Origin: Camelus ferus
Taxonomy: Eukaryota
Direction: 5' to 3'
Assembly: GCF_009834535.1 (NCBI RefSeq)
Contig: NC_045697.1
Coordinates: forward strand, 91,452,001-91,516,000
DNA length: 64,000 nucleotides
The number at the start of each line of letters is the position of its first letter. The stretch's first letter is position 1. A program made the position numbers and the translations under genes. This document shows positions 40,061 to 53,749 of the stretch, piece by piece. The notes under the pieces were generated by a model. It made no database searches and was not told the origin of the DNA. It saw only the letters and a list, made by a program, of their open reading frames with translations.

Positions 40061-41811
40061 AGATTTCCGCTTCTTACTTCAATCACAGCAATTCCACTTT
40101 TATCAGTGTTATATATTGGGGTTCTATGTATACAATTTTTTTTAAGGGCTTCTGTTGTTAAAGTTTGAAAACCACTGTCTAGCAATTCAAGTATAGAGCT
40201 CAACAAAGTGATCAAGGCCAAAGGTATACATGTGGGAAACATTATTACTGAGATGAAAGTTTAAGTTGAGTAGGGTAAACGTGATAAGTGGGGGAAGGTT
40301 ATGCAACATGTCTAAAAATTTAATAAATGTCTACTTTAGTAGGTAGGATAAGGAAATGGGAAAAGCAAAGGCAAAGAAATGGTGACAAAGGTCAGAGAAG
40401 AAATCAGGACACAAAAACAAAAGACCTAGTAGAAAAATGTTCAAGGGCAGAAAAAAAAATCATCAATCAAAATGAATCAATGACCAAGGAGAAAGGAGGA
40501 TTCTGTTTCAAGGCAAAAGGGGTACCAATAATTTTGAGGAGAAGAATAAAAGACGTGGGACCAAATCTAAAGTAAAAGAAATTCTGAAGAGTGACTATAG
40601 CAAATAGAGGCTCTTCTTCCAAGCAATTTCAAAGAATGAGAAGAAAACAGTAATCTGAGGAATCATCAGGGCCTCGAGGTATATACCTATGCCTGTGGTC
40701 TTGGAAGAAACCCAAAAGACTATTATTTTTAAAAAGAATCGATATAACTGATGGAACAACACAGAAGAAGAAACAGAGTTTAGGGTTGTACAGTTGGCAA
40801 GACATGGGGATATAAAAATAGAAAGGAGTGAAAAAGAAAGGAAAGCTTAATCTGGTTCCTAGAAATTACAGCAGCAACAACAGAGGTAAGGCTGATTTCT
40901 AGAGCTAGAAGGGAAATGTCAACTGTCTATTTATTGCATTAATACTAACTTCCAAGTCTATCAGCAACTGATTTGTAAATATTACACAAGCCTACCTACA
41001 CAGGTTGGATACTAAAGTAGAATAGAGAAAAGCAAAAATGAGTTACAGTATATTGCAACACTGTAAAGAAGCTCATTTTATTTCTATTAGAGATTAAGAA
41101 ACTAAAGTTCAGTTAAGCAATCTGCCCAAGTCAATAGAAAATAAAAAATAAGAATACTCATCTAGAGCTGTCTGCCTTCATAGCCTATGCTCTTTATACG
41201 TCGCATCACATGGAAGTGCACTTTTAGGTTAAGTGGGTAAATATGGAGTATTTGCAAAGTAAAATCATAATTATCAATAAAATACATATTTTGAAATAAA
41301 TCAGGGATCACCTATTTCAGGCAAAAGTTCCAAACAATGAAGTTATAAATTTATTTCTACTCTTGACTAATATGTTCTAAAAGTAAAGTCTCATATTCTT
41401 CTTTATGCCCCTGAAAGATTAAGTGGGAAAGATATAAACATTTTTGTATAAGGGGTGACTAAGTAACCCTTTAACATTAAAGTAAAATAGTGTGAAGATA
41501 TAGGAAACTGACAGCAAGGCCCTATTTCTTATCTTAAAACATATTTTCTATGCTCATAAAACTAGCTGCCAACACATGAGGAACTGTCTGGCAATTCTTA
41601 TGACTAAGCACATCTGCTCAGGGCCATTTCTCACTTGGGATAGTTTCCAAGAGACACTATGAATCAAAACTAGTGATCCATGAATTCCAGATTTCCATAT
41701 AGCATTTTTATAATAAAAGACACAATATTATTCAAATTGGAATATGAAACATCTTAGAAAAATCTGTTATCTTAGCTAAAATAAAACTATTACCTGGCAA
41801 AGGTACATATA

Positions 41812-42509
41812 CAGTAGTCGCCCTTTTCTGCAGGAGAGAAGTTCCAAGACTCCCAGTAGATGTCTGAAACTGCAGATTGTACTGAACCCTATATACAGCA
41901 TACTTTTCCTATACATATATATCCATGATAAAGTTTAAATTGGGCACATTAAGAGATTAATGACAGTAGCTAGTAACAATTATAACAACACACTGTAATA
42001 AAAGTTATGTGAGTGTAGCTTCTCTCTCTCACACAAGATACCTTACTGTACAAATTTAATGCTTTTCCATCTTAACTAAGCACTTATCACACACTGTGGC
42101 TGTAACTTTTGCAGTCTGAAATGCGACAGCCAAACCAGCATGAATTTCCTTTTACTTCTTCACAATTTCACAGACAGAAGATACGTTTTTACCATTGATC
42201 TCAGCAGACTCAGCAGAAGATTTTTTTTTTTTTTTATTAAATAGAGAGCTTTCACCTTTTCATTAGAAGCAGCACTTTAAGGTTTCTCTTTGGCATATCT
42301 GAACTGCCAACATCACTACTCTTGTGCTTTGGGGCCACTATTAAATAAGGGTTACTTGGACACAAGCCTGCAATATCCTGGAGTGTCAATCTGATAACGG
42401 AGACACTACTAAGTGATGGGGTACAGCGGGATACAGTGGACAAAGAAGATAATTCACAACTGGGTAGGACAAAGCAGGACAGTGTGAGATTTTATCACAC
42501 AGGACTACT
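41812..42509. mobile_element. Tigger7/MER44-like DNA transposon
   Basis: TA-CAGTAGTCGCCC terminus; GTTCCAAGACTCCCAGTAGATGTCTGAAAC; CATCACTACTCTTGTGCTTTGGGGCCAC; GGACTACT end. Confidence 0.85.
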
Positions 42510-42689
42510 AAGTGGACACACATTACTGCATGGTTGAAGAATATAAAATATAATTTTCTAAATAATGACTGTCAAGAAAAGTCAAGAAAACAGTTGTGCC
42601 CCAAAAGATCAATTGCAAAATACACAAGTAGAAAACCCACATAAATCAGTTCAGCTCTGTCTTTCCAATGAAGTACAATTTCATTAACT

Positions 42690-43510
42690 GACTTAATGGC
42701 TCAAAGTCGTTTTTAAGAACACCTGCCATGTGTCTAGCACTGTGTTAGATGATGGCATGATAAAAATGGCTACATTATGATCCATACCTTTAAGGAGTTT
42801 AAAAATTAGCAAAGAGAGATTAATTTGTAAAGAATTAAGTACATTAAAGATCCTGTGACAGATATATTGCCGTCTACAGCTGAGGCACAAAGAAAGGCAA
42901 ATTTGGTTCTACCCGGGAGGAAGAAACCATAAAGATTCAGAAAAAGATTTCTAGAAGATGTGACACTTGAACTGAATCTTGAAAGTTGAGAGGATATTTA
43001 TCAAGAAAGGGCATTTTTAGGCAGCCTGAATAATGTGAGCAAAGGAGGGATTTATAAAATAGCATGGCTTGTTTGGGGGAACTAACAATAGTTTAGGAAA
43101 TTGAGATGAAGAGTAATAAGATAGTTAAGTAGGCAGGGGTCAGGTCATAGAAGACTTCATGTCATGCTGAGTAATTTGGATTAAATCCCATAGGCATTTT
43201 GTAGACACTGAAGGAGACTGACATGATCAGGTTTTATTTTAGAAAGATCATTTTGATGACAGTAAAAAGGAAGATGGGGGAGGGGTAAGCCAATTTGGAA
43301 GTTACTGGAGTAGCTCAGATGTGATGATGCAAAGGCAATGAGAATATAATGAATGATGCAGAAGTGAAGGATCTGAGAGACACTTAGAAGGTAGAGTTGG
43401 GCCAGAAAGGATTCAGGACGCATCCTAGTTTTCTGAAGCAGAAACTGGGTGGTACCATTTAGAAATACAAAGAGAAGATTCGGGAGAGATGGTAACAAGC
43501 TTAGTTTAGT
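42690..43510 (-). mobile_element. L2 fragment
   Basis: GACATGATCAGGTTTTATTTTAGAAAGATCATTTTG; AGAAGATGTGACACTTGAACTGAATCTTGAA. Confidence 0.65.
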
Positions 43511-44287
43511 GCCTCTGACCTATCTGGGTAGAGATAACCCGGGGAAACCTCAAACTACAAAAATTTAATGGGATCTCACCTTTAGAGATTGTTAAAGCCA
43601 CAAAAGTATACATGAGATGAAACAGGTCCAATTTCAGCGATTCTGAGGCTATCATATCATATGTAAACTTATTAAAGATTGTTCCCACACTCAAAGCATA
43701 CAGGTATATTAAGTGCTCAATAAATACAAAATAGATTGACAAATTACAGTTTCTTATATGAAGGTAGTATCTATGTCTGCTAATGAAATCATTCCTTAGT
43801 GGTTTAATTTTTTAAAATAAATATTCTAATACTGTCACTTTGTTGAGAGGATAATATGGACCCCTATGCAAATACTTTAGAACCAGTCTTTACAATACAA
43901 CCTTTTACGAAGATAACATTAATTATTCCTGAAAGATATACACAAATGAAAATCTTTCAAAGACTTTACAAGGCAAATATGAAATCTGAGCATATATGGC
44001 TTGAAAAATAATTATTTCCATAATGCAGCATATAAACAACTATATATGACAAAAAAGTTACCTACAGAGAAATAGAATAAAATCTCAGTTAGAATGAATA
44101 AATGCTCAGTATATCCACAAGAAGAGTAAAAATCTGGTGGAATGAGTCAGAGAAATCTTCCTCAAGAAGACAAGCTTTAAGCAGATTTATAAAGTTACAG
44201 TTTTTCTAAGAAACAGAATAATGATCAAAGGCAAAAAGGAAGAAAACAAAAGTTCTTCTGTGAGAAACAGCACAACGACTATTGTTC

Positions 44288-44438
44288 GGGGAGGGGTATA
44301 GCTCAAGTTGTAGAGAGCATGCTTAGCATGCACAAGGTCCTGGGTTCAATCTATGGTACCTCTTCTAAAAAATAAATAAACCTAATTATCTCCCTACCCC
44401 CACCAAAATAAAATAATACAAATTAAAAAAGACAAAAA
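44288..44438 (+). mobile_element. tRNA-derived SINE (Vic-1-like)
   Basis: Same family; TSD aacgactattgt (44274-44285) / aatgactactgt (44439-44450). Confidence 0.88.
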
Positions 44439-45389
44439 AATGACTACTGTATATAATTTGAGGATTAGGAAGGATCAGGTGAATGGAAGTTCTTAGAAAC
44501 TAGGCTAAAGAGTTTTACCTGCTACGATAAAGTATCACCAGAAACTCTTAAAAAGGAAAACGATAAAAGCTTTAATTACAAGTTCACACGATTCTCATTT
44601 TTTTGGGAACCATAACATCAGACAACAAATGAAACTAATATGTTTTCAGTATAAGTACAAACTTAAACAAATCTAGTGTTTAAAGAGATTCTAATTTAGT
44701 TATTCTTGGCATGGTTATACAGGGCATCTCAAAACCCAAATTCTGGTAATATCAATATGCCCATCATTCAGAATCTGTCAAACTTGAAAGCAACACCCTT
44801 TTCCCTAAAAGAAGCATCTGCTTATCCTTATGTTCTTTCAAATCTGTGGCAGGAAAAGCAAGCAGTTTTATGTATACAACTCTGAACTGCTTAGTGTTAA
44901 GCTATGGAATACTGTCAGTAAATATTATGGCAAAGTTGCTCATGGACAATTAAACACTTCAGATACTTCAGGCTTTAGAAAACCACAACTAGTTTTTATT
45001 AATCTCTAATCTCAGTTTATAATCTTTAAGCCCAAATGTCCAAAAGCCAAATGAAACTTTCACACAGATGACAAAAAATGATGTATTCATGCATCATCCT
45101 TTAACAATAAACTCTCATTCTTGACTTCCTTACTGCTGTGAACATTGTCAGAGAGTCAGGTTTAGAAACTCACTAGATTAGCAATCACAAGATGCAAGTT
45201 CTACTCTGGCTCCTCTATGAATCTGCTGTGCAACCCTGGACAATTTCTGAGCCTTTGGTTCAGTTTGGTTTCTTCCATAAACTTATGAAACTGAACTAAG
45301 AGGATCATAAGATACCTTTAGCAATAAAATTCCATGATTCTTCCCCTGTCCTTTAGACCAGTATCACCAGGTTCTGCCCATTTTCCCTA

Positions 45390-45981
45390 TAGTCTTTTCT
45401 TTGCCCAATAGTCCATGAATTTTTATTTTTATCAATACTTAGTTCATGTATCAACAGTAATGTATTATCAGTTACATACATTGCATATGTCTTCTCCCAG
45501 ACTGTGGGTTGCCTTTTCATCTGATATATTAATTTTTATAACAGAAGTTTTACATTTTAACATACTCAAATATATGAATCTTTTCCTTTTGGGCTTGTAT
45601 TTAAATTCTGATTAAGAAGTACTTCCCTAGCAAAATACTGAAAGGAGAGTATTTTAAAATCTGTAAAGTTTTGATTTTTTCATTTACTTATTTAATCCAT
45701 AAAACCATGTAAATGCCTAAATGTGAAAAGCAGGCTTTTTCCCCATAGACAGCTACAATTCCTAACATGATTGTTTCCCTACTGATTTATGCTGCTACCA
45801 CCTCTGTCACATACTGAACTTCTGCTCTATTCTGCCAAACTCAAATTCCTGTAAACAACACAGCATTTTATTCTACAGAATGGTTTTGGTATATGACACC
45901 TCACCATTTCATGCTAGGGTAAGTTTTTCAAGTTGCATTTTCTCTTCTTTTTCTCTCTCTCACACACACACATGCATGCAT

Positions 45982-46019
<38 letters not shown>

Positions 46020-47670
46020 CAGGGGTTTTAATACAAACTATATTAATTCTAAAGATTTGGGAAGTCTTATTCTCATTAGAGAATTTAATCATCCCAACCA
46101 ACTAAATTTTCCATTTACTTCATCTGTATATCTTCTGTTTCTTTGCTGAGACTTCCCATTTCTCTGCTGGGAATGTCTATTTTTTCATTTGTTTCAAGCT
46201 TGTTCATAATTTCTCATTAAAGTATTTTTCTGATGACTGTTTAAAATTTTTGTCACACAATTTTAACATTTCTGTCATCTAAGTGTTGGTTCTACTGTCT
46301 TTTTCATTCAAATTGAGATTTTTTCTGATTCTTGGCATGAATGACTTTTGTAGAAACCTAGATTTTTGGGGTATCATGTTATGAGATTCTAGTATTATTT
46401 TAACTTATTTTAGCTTATTTCCTCTGGTACCTTTCTTTTGGTGGAATAAGGGGCTGTCTTTTACTGCCAAGCAGGGGTCCAGATTCTACCAGGCTTTTCT
46501 GGCATGGGTACAGGTGGTCCATAGTTTTTTTCTGTGGTACTTGGCTGAGGTAGAGAGGTTATACTTCAGAAGCTTTTATCATACTTGGCTGCTCCTTTTC
46601 TGGTCCTTCGGCTAGAGGGAGAAAGTCTTTGTTGGGGTGATGTCTATTTTGGTCTGAGCCTCGTTGGTGTTATCACAATGCCAGCTTCTTCAGTTCCAAG
46701 TCTGGGATATATGAGTCAAAAACAGAACTCAAACCAAAAAAACCCAGGGAACTGACCATAGTGCCATTCCTTGGCTCCTGAGGCACCTAGCCAATCTGCT
46801 TTCTTCTCTACACCTTTCAGTCTTCTTATGTTTGTTTTGTATATATGTCCTGTGGTTCTAGTTGTACTTAGCAGGAGGAATAGAAAAAAACACTGCACCA
46901 TCTTCCACTACTGCTCTTTAATAAAAATGTTCACTATAATTTAAAACCTAGTTAAACCTTGTCCTTCTTTAGTTAATAAGGTTATTATTGCTAATATTGT
47001 TCAGAACATGTACACTCATATACTACTTTGGCTATTTAACTAATTCCAGCTTGAACACTAAGTACTTGTGCTAAATATGGCATCTGTCGATGCCATAAAA
47101 GTCATTGTGCAAAGGACATGGATACAGGCAGAAAGAAAGGATTGTCATCATTTTTGAAAACTACAACAGTTCATGTAAGTGTGAATCTGTTTCTGGCCTC
47201 TCTAATCTGCTAAGTTTATCTATCCTCATGTCAATACTACGATCTTTTGATTTTTCAGTTAAGTCATAATAACCTGGTACAGGAAGTCCACCCAGGTTGT
47301 TTTCCTCTTCAAAAATGTTTATCTATTTATCTTTTGTATATCCATATAAATTTTAGAATCAGCTTTTCAAATTCTATAAAAATTCTCCTGGGTTTTTGAC
47401 TGGAATTGGATTGAACGTAGTGATCATTTTAAGCTGCACAAATCATTTTAAGTGCACAAATATGCTTCTTCATTTCCAGAGTTATGGGAATTACCTAGGT
47501 ATCTTTTTCTTACTGATTTTAAACTTAATAGCCCTGTCCTAAGAAACTGTGGTCTATGTTAAATCAAACCTAAGAAAATTGTGAAGAATTACCTTTTACC
47601 ACCCAAAATGAGTTCAATTTTTTAATGTTTTATATAGATATGAAAAGAAAGCAAATTATGCAGTACTTTT
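45390..47670 (-). mobile_element. Mosaic of old L1 fragments
   Basis: TCCATATAAATTTTAGAATCAGCTT…TTGACTGGAATTGGATTGAA; L1MD-like 5' piece at 46140-46910. Confidence 0.6.
45951..46017. repeat. (TC)n(CA)n interrupted microsatellite
   Basis: tctctctct cacacacaca catgcatgca tgcacaca... Confidence 0.95.
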
Positions 47671-47690
47671 GTAAACGTCAAAACAACCTC

Positions 47691-48119
47691 TGTAGTGGGT
47701 TGAATACTGTCCCCCCAAAATTCAGGTCCATCTGGAACCTAATTTGGAAACAGGCTCTCTGTAGATATCGTTAAGGTAAGTGTCTGAAGAGGAAATCATC
47801 CTGAACCAGGGCAGGCTCTAAATCCTCTGACTGGTGCACCTACAAGAAGAGAGGATACACAAAGAAATAGAGAGAACAAGGCTATGTGAAAAGGAAGGTA
47901 GACTGAGATTGGAATTATGTTGTCATAAGCCAAGAATACCCAAGGCCAACAGCAGCTGGAAGAGGCAAGGAAAGACTCTTCCCTAGAACCTTCAGAGGGA
48001 GCATGGCCCTCCTAACACCTTGATTTCAAACTTCCAGCCACCAGAACTGACAGGATAAATTTCTGTTGTATGCCACCAAGTTTGTGGTAATGTTATGGCA
48101 GCCCTAGGAAACAAATACA
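47691..48119 (+). mobile_element. MaLR solo LTR (MLT1B/C/D-like)
   Basis: TGTAGTGGGTTGAAT…CCCCCCAAAATTC…GCTGGAAGAGGCAAGGAA…GCAGCCCTAGGAAACAAATACA. Confidence 0.9.
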
Positions 48120-49860
48120 CCTCCATGTCGCTAAATTCAATGGTCAATTCTTAGAACTCATCCTATTTTACCTACCAAAAGCACCTGACTCAGCAATCAC
48201 TCCTTCTTTCTGATATACTTCCTTCACTTGGTTTTTCAGGACACCATACTTCCTGGTATTCCTCCTATGTCACTCATCTTTTCTCAGCCTCTTTTGTTGA
48301 TTCCTTCTCTTTTCCCTTACTTCTTAATATTTGAGTGTCCCAGACCGCGGTCAAAGATTCTCCTTTTCTATTGATAATCATTTATTACAGTTTCATGACT
48401 TTAAACACAACTGTATATTGATCATCAAAAACGTTTATCTTTAGTCCAGATTTCTTAACTGAAGTGTTTGTCAATCATTATCATCACAAGGATTTCCAGT
48501 ACTAACTGTAAACTCAGCATGGCCCAAACTGGCCCCTTCCTCACCAAATCTGACCACCTGTATACATAGATTTCTCAGTCCACGACGATACAATTCTTCC
48601 AGCTGCTTGTGGAAAAAACTTAGGGTCATCCTTGATGCCTCAGTATCTCTCTATTGTATCCATTCAATCTATCAGAAAATCTTCTTGAATCCACCATAAA
48701 AAACATTAAAAACATATCCAGAATCTAACCACATCTCACTAACTCCTACTGCTACCACCACAGTTCTAGTCAACATGATTTTTTGCCTGGATTACTGTAA
48801 CACCTCCTTACTGATCTCCTTGCTTCCATTCTTTTTTTGGGGCCTCTCTACAGTCTGTTTCCAATGTGGCAGTCACAGTGATCAGTCCTATTAAAATATA
48901 AGTCAGATTATGTCAATCTCCTATTAAAAGTCATTCTTATTTTATCCATAGTTAAAAAAAAAACAAAACAAAGTCCTCATGATGGCCTACAAGGCCCCAT
49001 ATTACCTTGTCTCACACCCTCTGGAACATTTCTGATCTTATCTCCTACAACTCTCCTCTCTGTTTACTGTGTTCCAGATATACTAGTATGAGAAATGGTG
49101 AAAATGGCCAAGAAATTCTTCCCCCTCTACATCCACATCTTTGCAACATGATGTTGAAAATCTTCCCATGAAGAGGGGTATTCCTTTCCCTATCCTGTGA
49201 ATTTGGGTTAACTAGGTGACTTGCTTTTCTATGAGTAATTACCAAAAATGATTCAAGAGAGGCTTGAAAATTATCTGTACACTGGGATTTGCACTCTTGC
49301 TCTTCTTGCAAATTGTGCCATGACCAAGTAAAGAAGTAAGATTTGCCCTGTTGATCTGGTGAAGAAACTGCCAGTTGTCAGACTGTTTTATCATCCACTG
49401 CCAACTACAAGACCTTTCTGCTAGCAGACAAACCAGCTGGCTAGATACAAATAGGCAAGTTCAGCAGACACGCAGCAGGCCCAGACCAGAAACCTGCTCT
49501 ATTGTCTCCCAAATCATAATTTACTTAAGTTATTATTTTGAGCCACCAAGTTTTACAATGGTTTGTTACTTAGCAATAGATAAGAGACATCTAGCTTCCT
49601 TGCTGTTCCTCAAGCACATTTCTACCTTTGAAATGGCAAGTTCTTTACTTGGAACACTCTCCATGTATTGCATGGATAATCTGTTCACATCCTTCAAGTC
49701 TTTGTTCAAATCTCAACCTCTCAGTGAGGCCTACTCTGAATACTCTATTAAAACTCCAATCCCAGCATTTCCCCCAACACTCCAGATCTCTCATCCTGAT
49801 CTTATTTTGTTTTGTTTTTCTCTAGCACTTCATGCTTTAGCAGTTTATGTTTAGTGTCTA
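48120..49860 (+). mobile_element. L2 fragment interrupted by an MLT1 LTR
   Basis: CTCCATGTCGCTAAATTCAATGGTCAATTCT; GCCTGGATTACTGTAACACCTCCT; TTCCTTGCTGTTCCTCAAGCAC. Confidence 0.75.
49087..49589 (+). mobile_element. MaLR solo LTR (MLT1F/G/H-like)
   Basis: AAAATGGCCA…TTTTGAGCCACCAAGTTTT…GTTTGTTACTTAGCAATAGATAAGAGACA; TSD actag/tctag. Confidence 0.8.
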
Positions 49861-50396
49861 GCATTTTTATCATAAAACAATTTTTAAAGGAAGTTGAAAA
49901 AATGTATAACAAAACATTCAACCAAGTTGGCCTTTCTTTTAACTGTCCTAAATTAGATAAATTTCATTTTAATTTCTCTAACAGTACTAAATTTTTATTT
50001 AATAATAATAAACAACAATAATAACTAAGACTAACTTAGGGCTAACTATCATGCATTTACTGTTCTAATTGTAATGCTCAATGAATAGAGAGCCTATAAA
50101 AAAGATACTAAATATTCTACTAAAGATGGAAAAGGAATAACTGGAGAGTGAATAAGAATTTAACTAATAAATATAATACATCCGTATAATAGTATACTAC
50201 ATAACATTAAGGTTGAAATATTGATATGATGTTTATATTATCAATAAGTAAAAAAAAAAGTAGGCTATTAGTGTGTATATCATACTTCTTTTTTACTAAA
50301 ATACTTAAATACACAAACCTAAGTTATACATTTAAAAAGTTAGTAATAGTTAACTCTAAATAATGGAATTACAAGATTTTTATTTTCCACTTGAAT

Positions 50397-51239
50397 TGTA
50401 TAATAAAGAATTTGTCTGGTCTCTGTCTAAGTTTCTGGGATGGAATTTCTGGAGTAATAGCAATAACTTTGTTATTCATAGTAGGCTCTTGGGACTATAC
50501 CTAAGTTTATGCTAATTAAATGACTCAATAGTAGGCCCCTAGATAGTTTCAGGATGTGAGCAGGTTGGCTGGAAAGGCCAACTATGTAATTACAGGGTTG
50601 GAACTTTGAGCCATGTCATATAGGCCCAACTTCCTGACTCTCAGGGAGGAGAAGAGGTCTGGAGATTAAGTTCAAACAAGTGATCAATGATTCATTCAAT
50701 CAGTCATATAACACTTAAAATTCAAAAGAGTTTTGTCCTATGATGTAGACATTATAAATTTAATTTAATTGTAACACCAATTTATTTACATTTAGTATAA
50801 ATCATATGTATATAATAAAATCCCAATAAAAATTCAGGACACCAAGTCTTAGCTGATCTTCCTGGTTGGTGAATACACTGATGTGCAAGAGGGTGACACA
50901 CCCTGATTCCATGGGTAGAGGACATAGAAGCTCTGCTTTTGGGACCTTTCTAGATTTCACCCAATAAGTCTCTTCTTCTGGCTGGTTCTGATTTATGTCC
51001 TTTGTAATAAAGTTTTAATCCTAAGTGCGGTGCTTTCCTTACTTTTCTAAGCCATTTTAGAGAACTATCGAGCCTGGGAGGTTAGTGGGAACACTCAGAT
51101 TTATAGTCAACTGGTCACAAGTACAGGTGGCCTGGGAGCCCTGAACTCGTGACTGGTGTCTGTGTGGGTGTAGTCATGTTGGGGATTGTGCTTTTAACCT
51201 GTGGAATCTGTATTAACTTACTGCCAGAACTGTACTGCA
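50397..51239 (+). mobile_element. MER21-like LTR
   Basis: TGTATAATAAAGAATTTGTCTGGTCT…AGTTTATGCTAAT..ATGACTCA…CCCAATAAAAATTCAGGACACC…TTCCTGGTTGGTGAATACACTGATGTG. Confidence 0.8.
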
Positions 51240-51860
51240 ATTTGATATACTGTCATACTATCTAAAGATTTTTTTATAATGGATGTACATTACTTTCATA
51301 ATTTAAAAAACTACTTTCACTTCGAAAAAAGAGTAATAAGATCTTGCAATTAAATAAATCACTGCTATTTTAACTGTAAAATCAGTTACATCAAAAGAAA
51401 TAATAGGACCAAATAAGAGCCCACAAGTAAAAATGTCTGAGGAAAAGAAGGTAAATTTGTTAAATTAAATTTAAAAGTTCATGAAGGTAATAAAATTAAA
51501 ATATTTTTAAATGGCATATAAGATTTTGTAAAATAAGTGTTTCTTAAAAAAATAAGGTATTATTTGGCAGGGCAAAATCATGATGGTAGGAAAAACAAAA
51601 TGAATAGCAAGATTCCTTTAATAAACAGTAACCTACATTTCTTATAAAATATAAATTTCCAATACAATTTAAAGATATTTCTATATGACAGCATCACAGC
51701 ACAAAATCTTATGACTACACTTCTGAATTTAAAGTATTGTAACTAAGGGGAATGAAAAGTGAAAAGTTCTTTGGTCATTTAGGGTTTTTTCAGTAAAGTC
51801 GATTAATGCAATGATTATTAAACCACTGGACCATAATATACATATGGTATTAAGCTGTCT

Positions 51861-52010
51861 GATTTTTAAAAACCTCTTATTGGCTGCCTTCTCCTCCCCT
51901 TCCCTGCTTCACTTCCCCACTCCTCCACTGGTGCTCCCTGGTATTACCTCTAAGTAAACTGACGCACTTTGGGACTTTTAGGGTCTGCTTATGGGGGAAT
52001 CCAAAAAGAA
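51861..52010 (+). mobile_element. LTR16-like 3' fragment (second copy)
   Basis: TTATTGGCTGCCTT…CACTTCCCCACTCC…AGGGTCTGCTTATGGGGGAATCCAAA. Confidence 0.7.
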
Positions 52011-52284
52011 ATATGTGTAGAAAAACTTAAAGAGAACTGATTTTCTTCCACAAACACTGGTTTTGCCATCATGGAACATCCCTTCATATATATATATTAT
52101 ATTTGCCTCCTAACAGTCTTGATTTCAGTCTCTTCTTGTCCCCAAAGAACATACATACAAAAAGCTATTGACAGAAGATTAAAAGGGAGGGGAAAAAAAA
52201 CTCAAGGGAAAAATTTTGACATCATCACTTTCTTTGAAGAAAAATAATTATTAATAAATTAACAAAAATCATTTCTGAAAATAC

Positions 52285-52355
52285 CTAAGTTGTTTTCGGA
52301 GTTGCTCGATTTCCACATTTTGTTCAGTTACTGTTTTCAGAAAGTGTTGATTAGT
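52285..52355 (-). CDS. SCLT1: SCLT1 exon 9 (71 nt)
   Basis: cttgtggcag|ACT AAT CAA...CTT AG|gtattt; TNQHFLKTVTEQNVEIEQLRKQL(R). Confidence 0.95.
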
Positions 52356-52479
52356 CTGCCACAAGAAAAAAAAACATACAGTATTAGAACATTTAAAACT
52401 ACATCTTTGAACGCTAACTACAGGAGTATACAAGTAGAAGAAAATAAAATGAAGTCATGATGATTATTAGATTTTTCGA

Positions 52480-52965
52480 TGGTAAAATATAACCCTGGCC
52501 ACCTTTCCCTGCCTTTACTACTTCAGTAGGTGCCTGCTTCCCTTCAAACCACCTGCATCCTCACTTCTGTGACTTCTGGCTTTCTCTGGCTTTCTGAGCC
52601 GCCTTTGTTCACCTAACTATGCAGAAGGCTATAGGTGTTGTAGACTTCATGTTCCCAGTCTGTTCTGGAAGAGCTCAATAACAAAGATTGAAGGGAACTG
52701 GTGTGTAAAAATCCCTAACTCCCATGCCCCATGGTGGAATATCTCTGAGCCCTGTGTTCTAAACTGGGTTCCAGAGTTCATCAGTGGGATTAACTTTCAG
52801 TTACCCACAGTGTTAATTTGCTCGATTGTTAAAAGTCCTTTATTGGCTGCCTTATCTTCCCTTCCCAGTCTCATTTCTCCACTCCCCTACTGGTACTTCC
52901 TGGTATTATCTCCTAAATAAGTGACATGCTTTGGAACTCCTTTCCCAGAGTCTACTAATGCTAAA
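52480..52965 (+). mobile_element. LTR16-like ERVL LTR
   Basis: CCAGAGTTCATCAGTGGGATTAA…TTATTGGCTGCCTT…CCACTCCCCTACTGGT…CCTAAATAA. Confidence 0.75.
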
Positions 52966-53749
52966 GAAAGATGTGAAGCATTCTTCTAAGTGTAGAAAAA
53001 AATTATCATGATGGTACAAATTCCTCATCCTTACCTATATGCCTTATAGGCAAAGTCACATAAATTATACTTACCTCCTAACTGATAGTCTTGATTTCAG
53101 TCTCTTTCCATTCTAACAAATCATACATACCTCTCCAACCAAACTCCCTGAGGCAGTTTTCATTGTGCTTTTCTCACACCCTACCCAATTTCACTGACTT
53201 CACATTTTTAATACACTTTGGTATTTCCCTCTACCTGGGATGTCATCATTCTGCCAGCAGTCAGCCCTGCATATACTGAGTGATTCATTGACTCTAAGGT
53301 AGAATTAATTGTTTAGTTTTTGCATTTTGATAAAACTTTACATATACTTTTACAATGCACACTGCCCTTAAGTACTATAGTTAAAGTTTATGTATTCCTG
53401 GCTATAATATGAGCCTCTTTTTGAAGACTAGCTTCACCTAGAACTCCCAGCATCTAACACATGATTTAGTACATTCTAAGTACTATACTTTTAAGGAATT
53501 AATGAACAAATGCCTTTACTGAGACATGAAAGAGAGTCTGAGAACTGAATCTTTATCTTGGGAAGTAGATTGTTCCAGACAAGAATTTAGTATTTAATTC
53601 ATAGACCACAATTTAAAAGACCAACTATAGTACACACAGAAAGATGGCCAGACTAATGAGAGGTAAGTAAATTATACCACACCAGAAAAGTTAAAAACAA
53701 AACACTGGGTGTAACACCGGGCATGAGTCATGAAAGACATAATGGGTAT

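Noticed and set aside
49375..49854. Longest ORF (159 aa) as a gene
   Set aside because: It spans an MLT1 LTR/L2 junction, has a non-ATG start and no recognisable domain.
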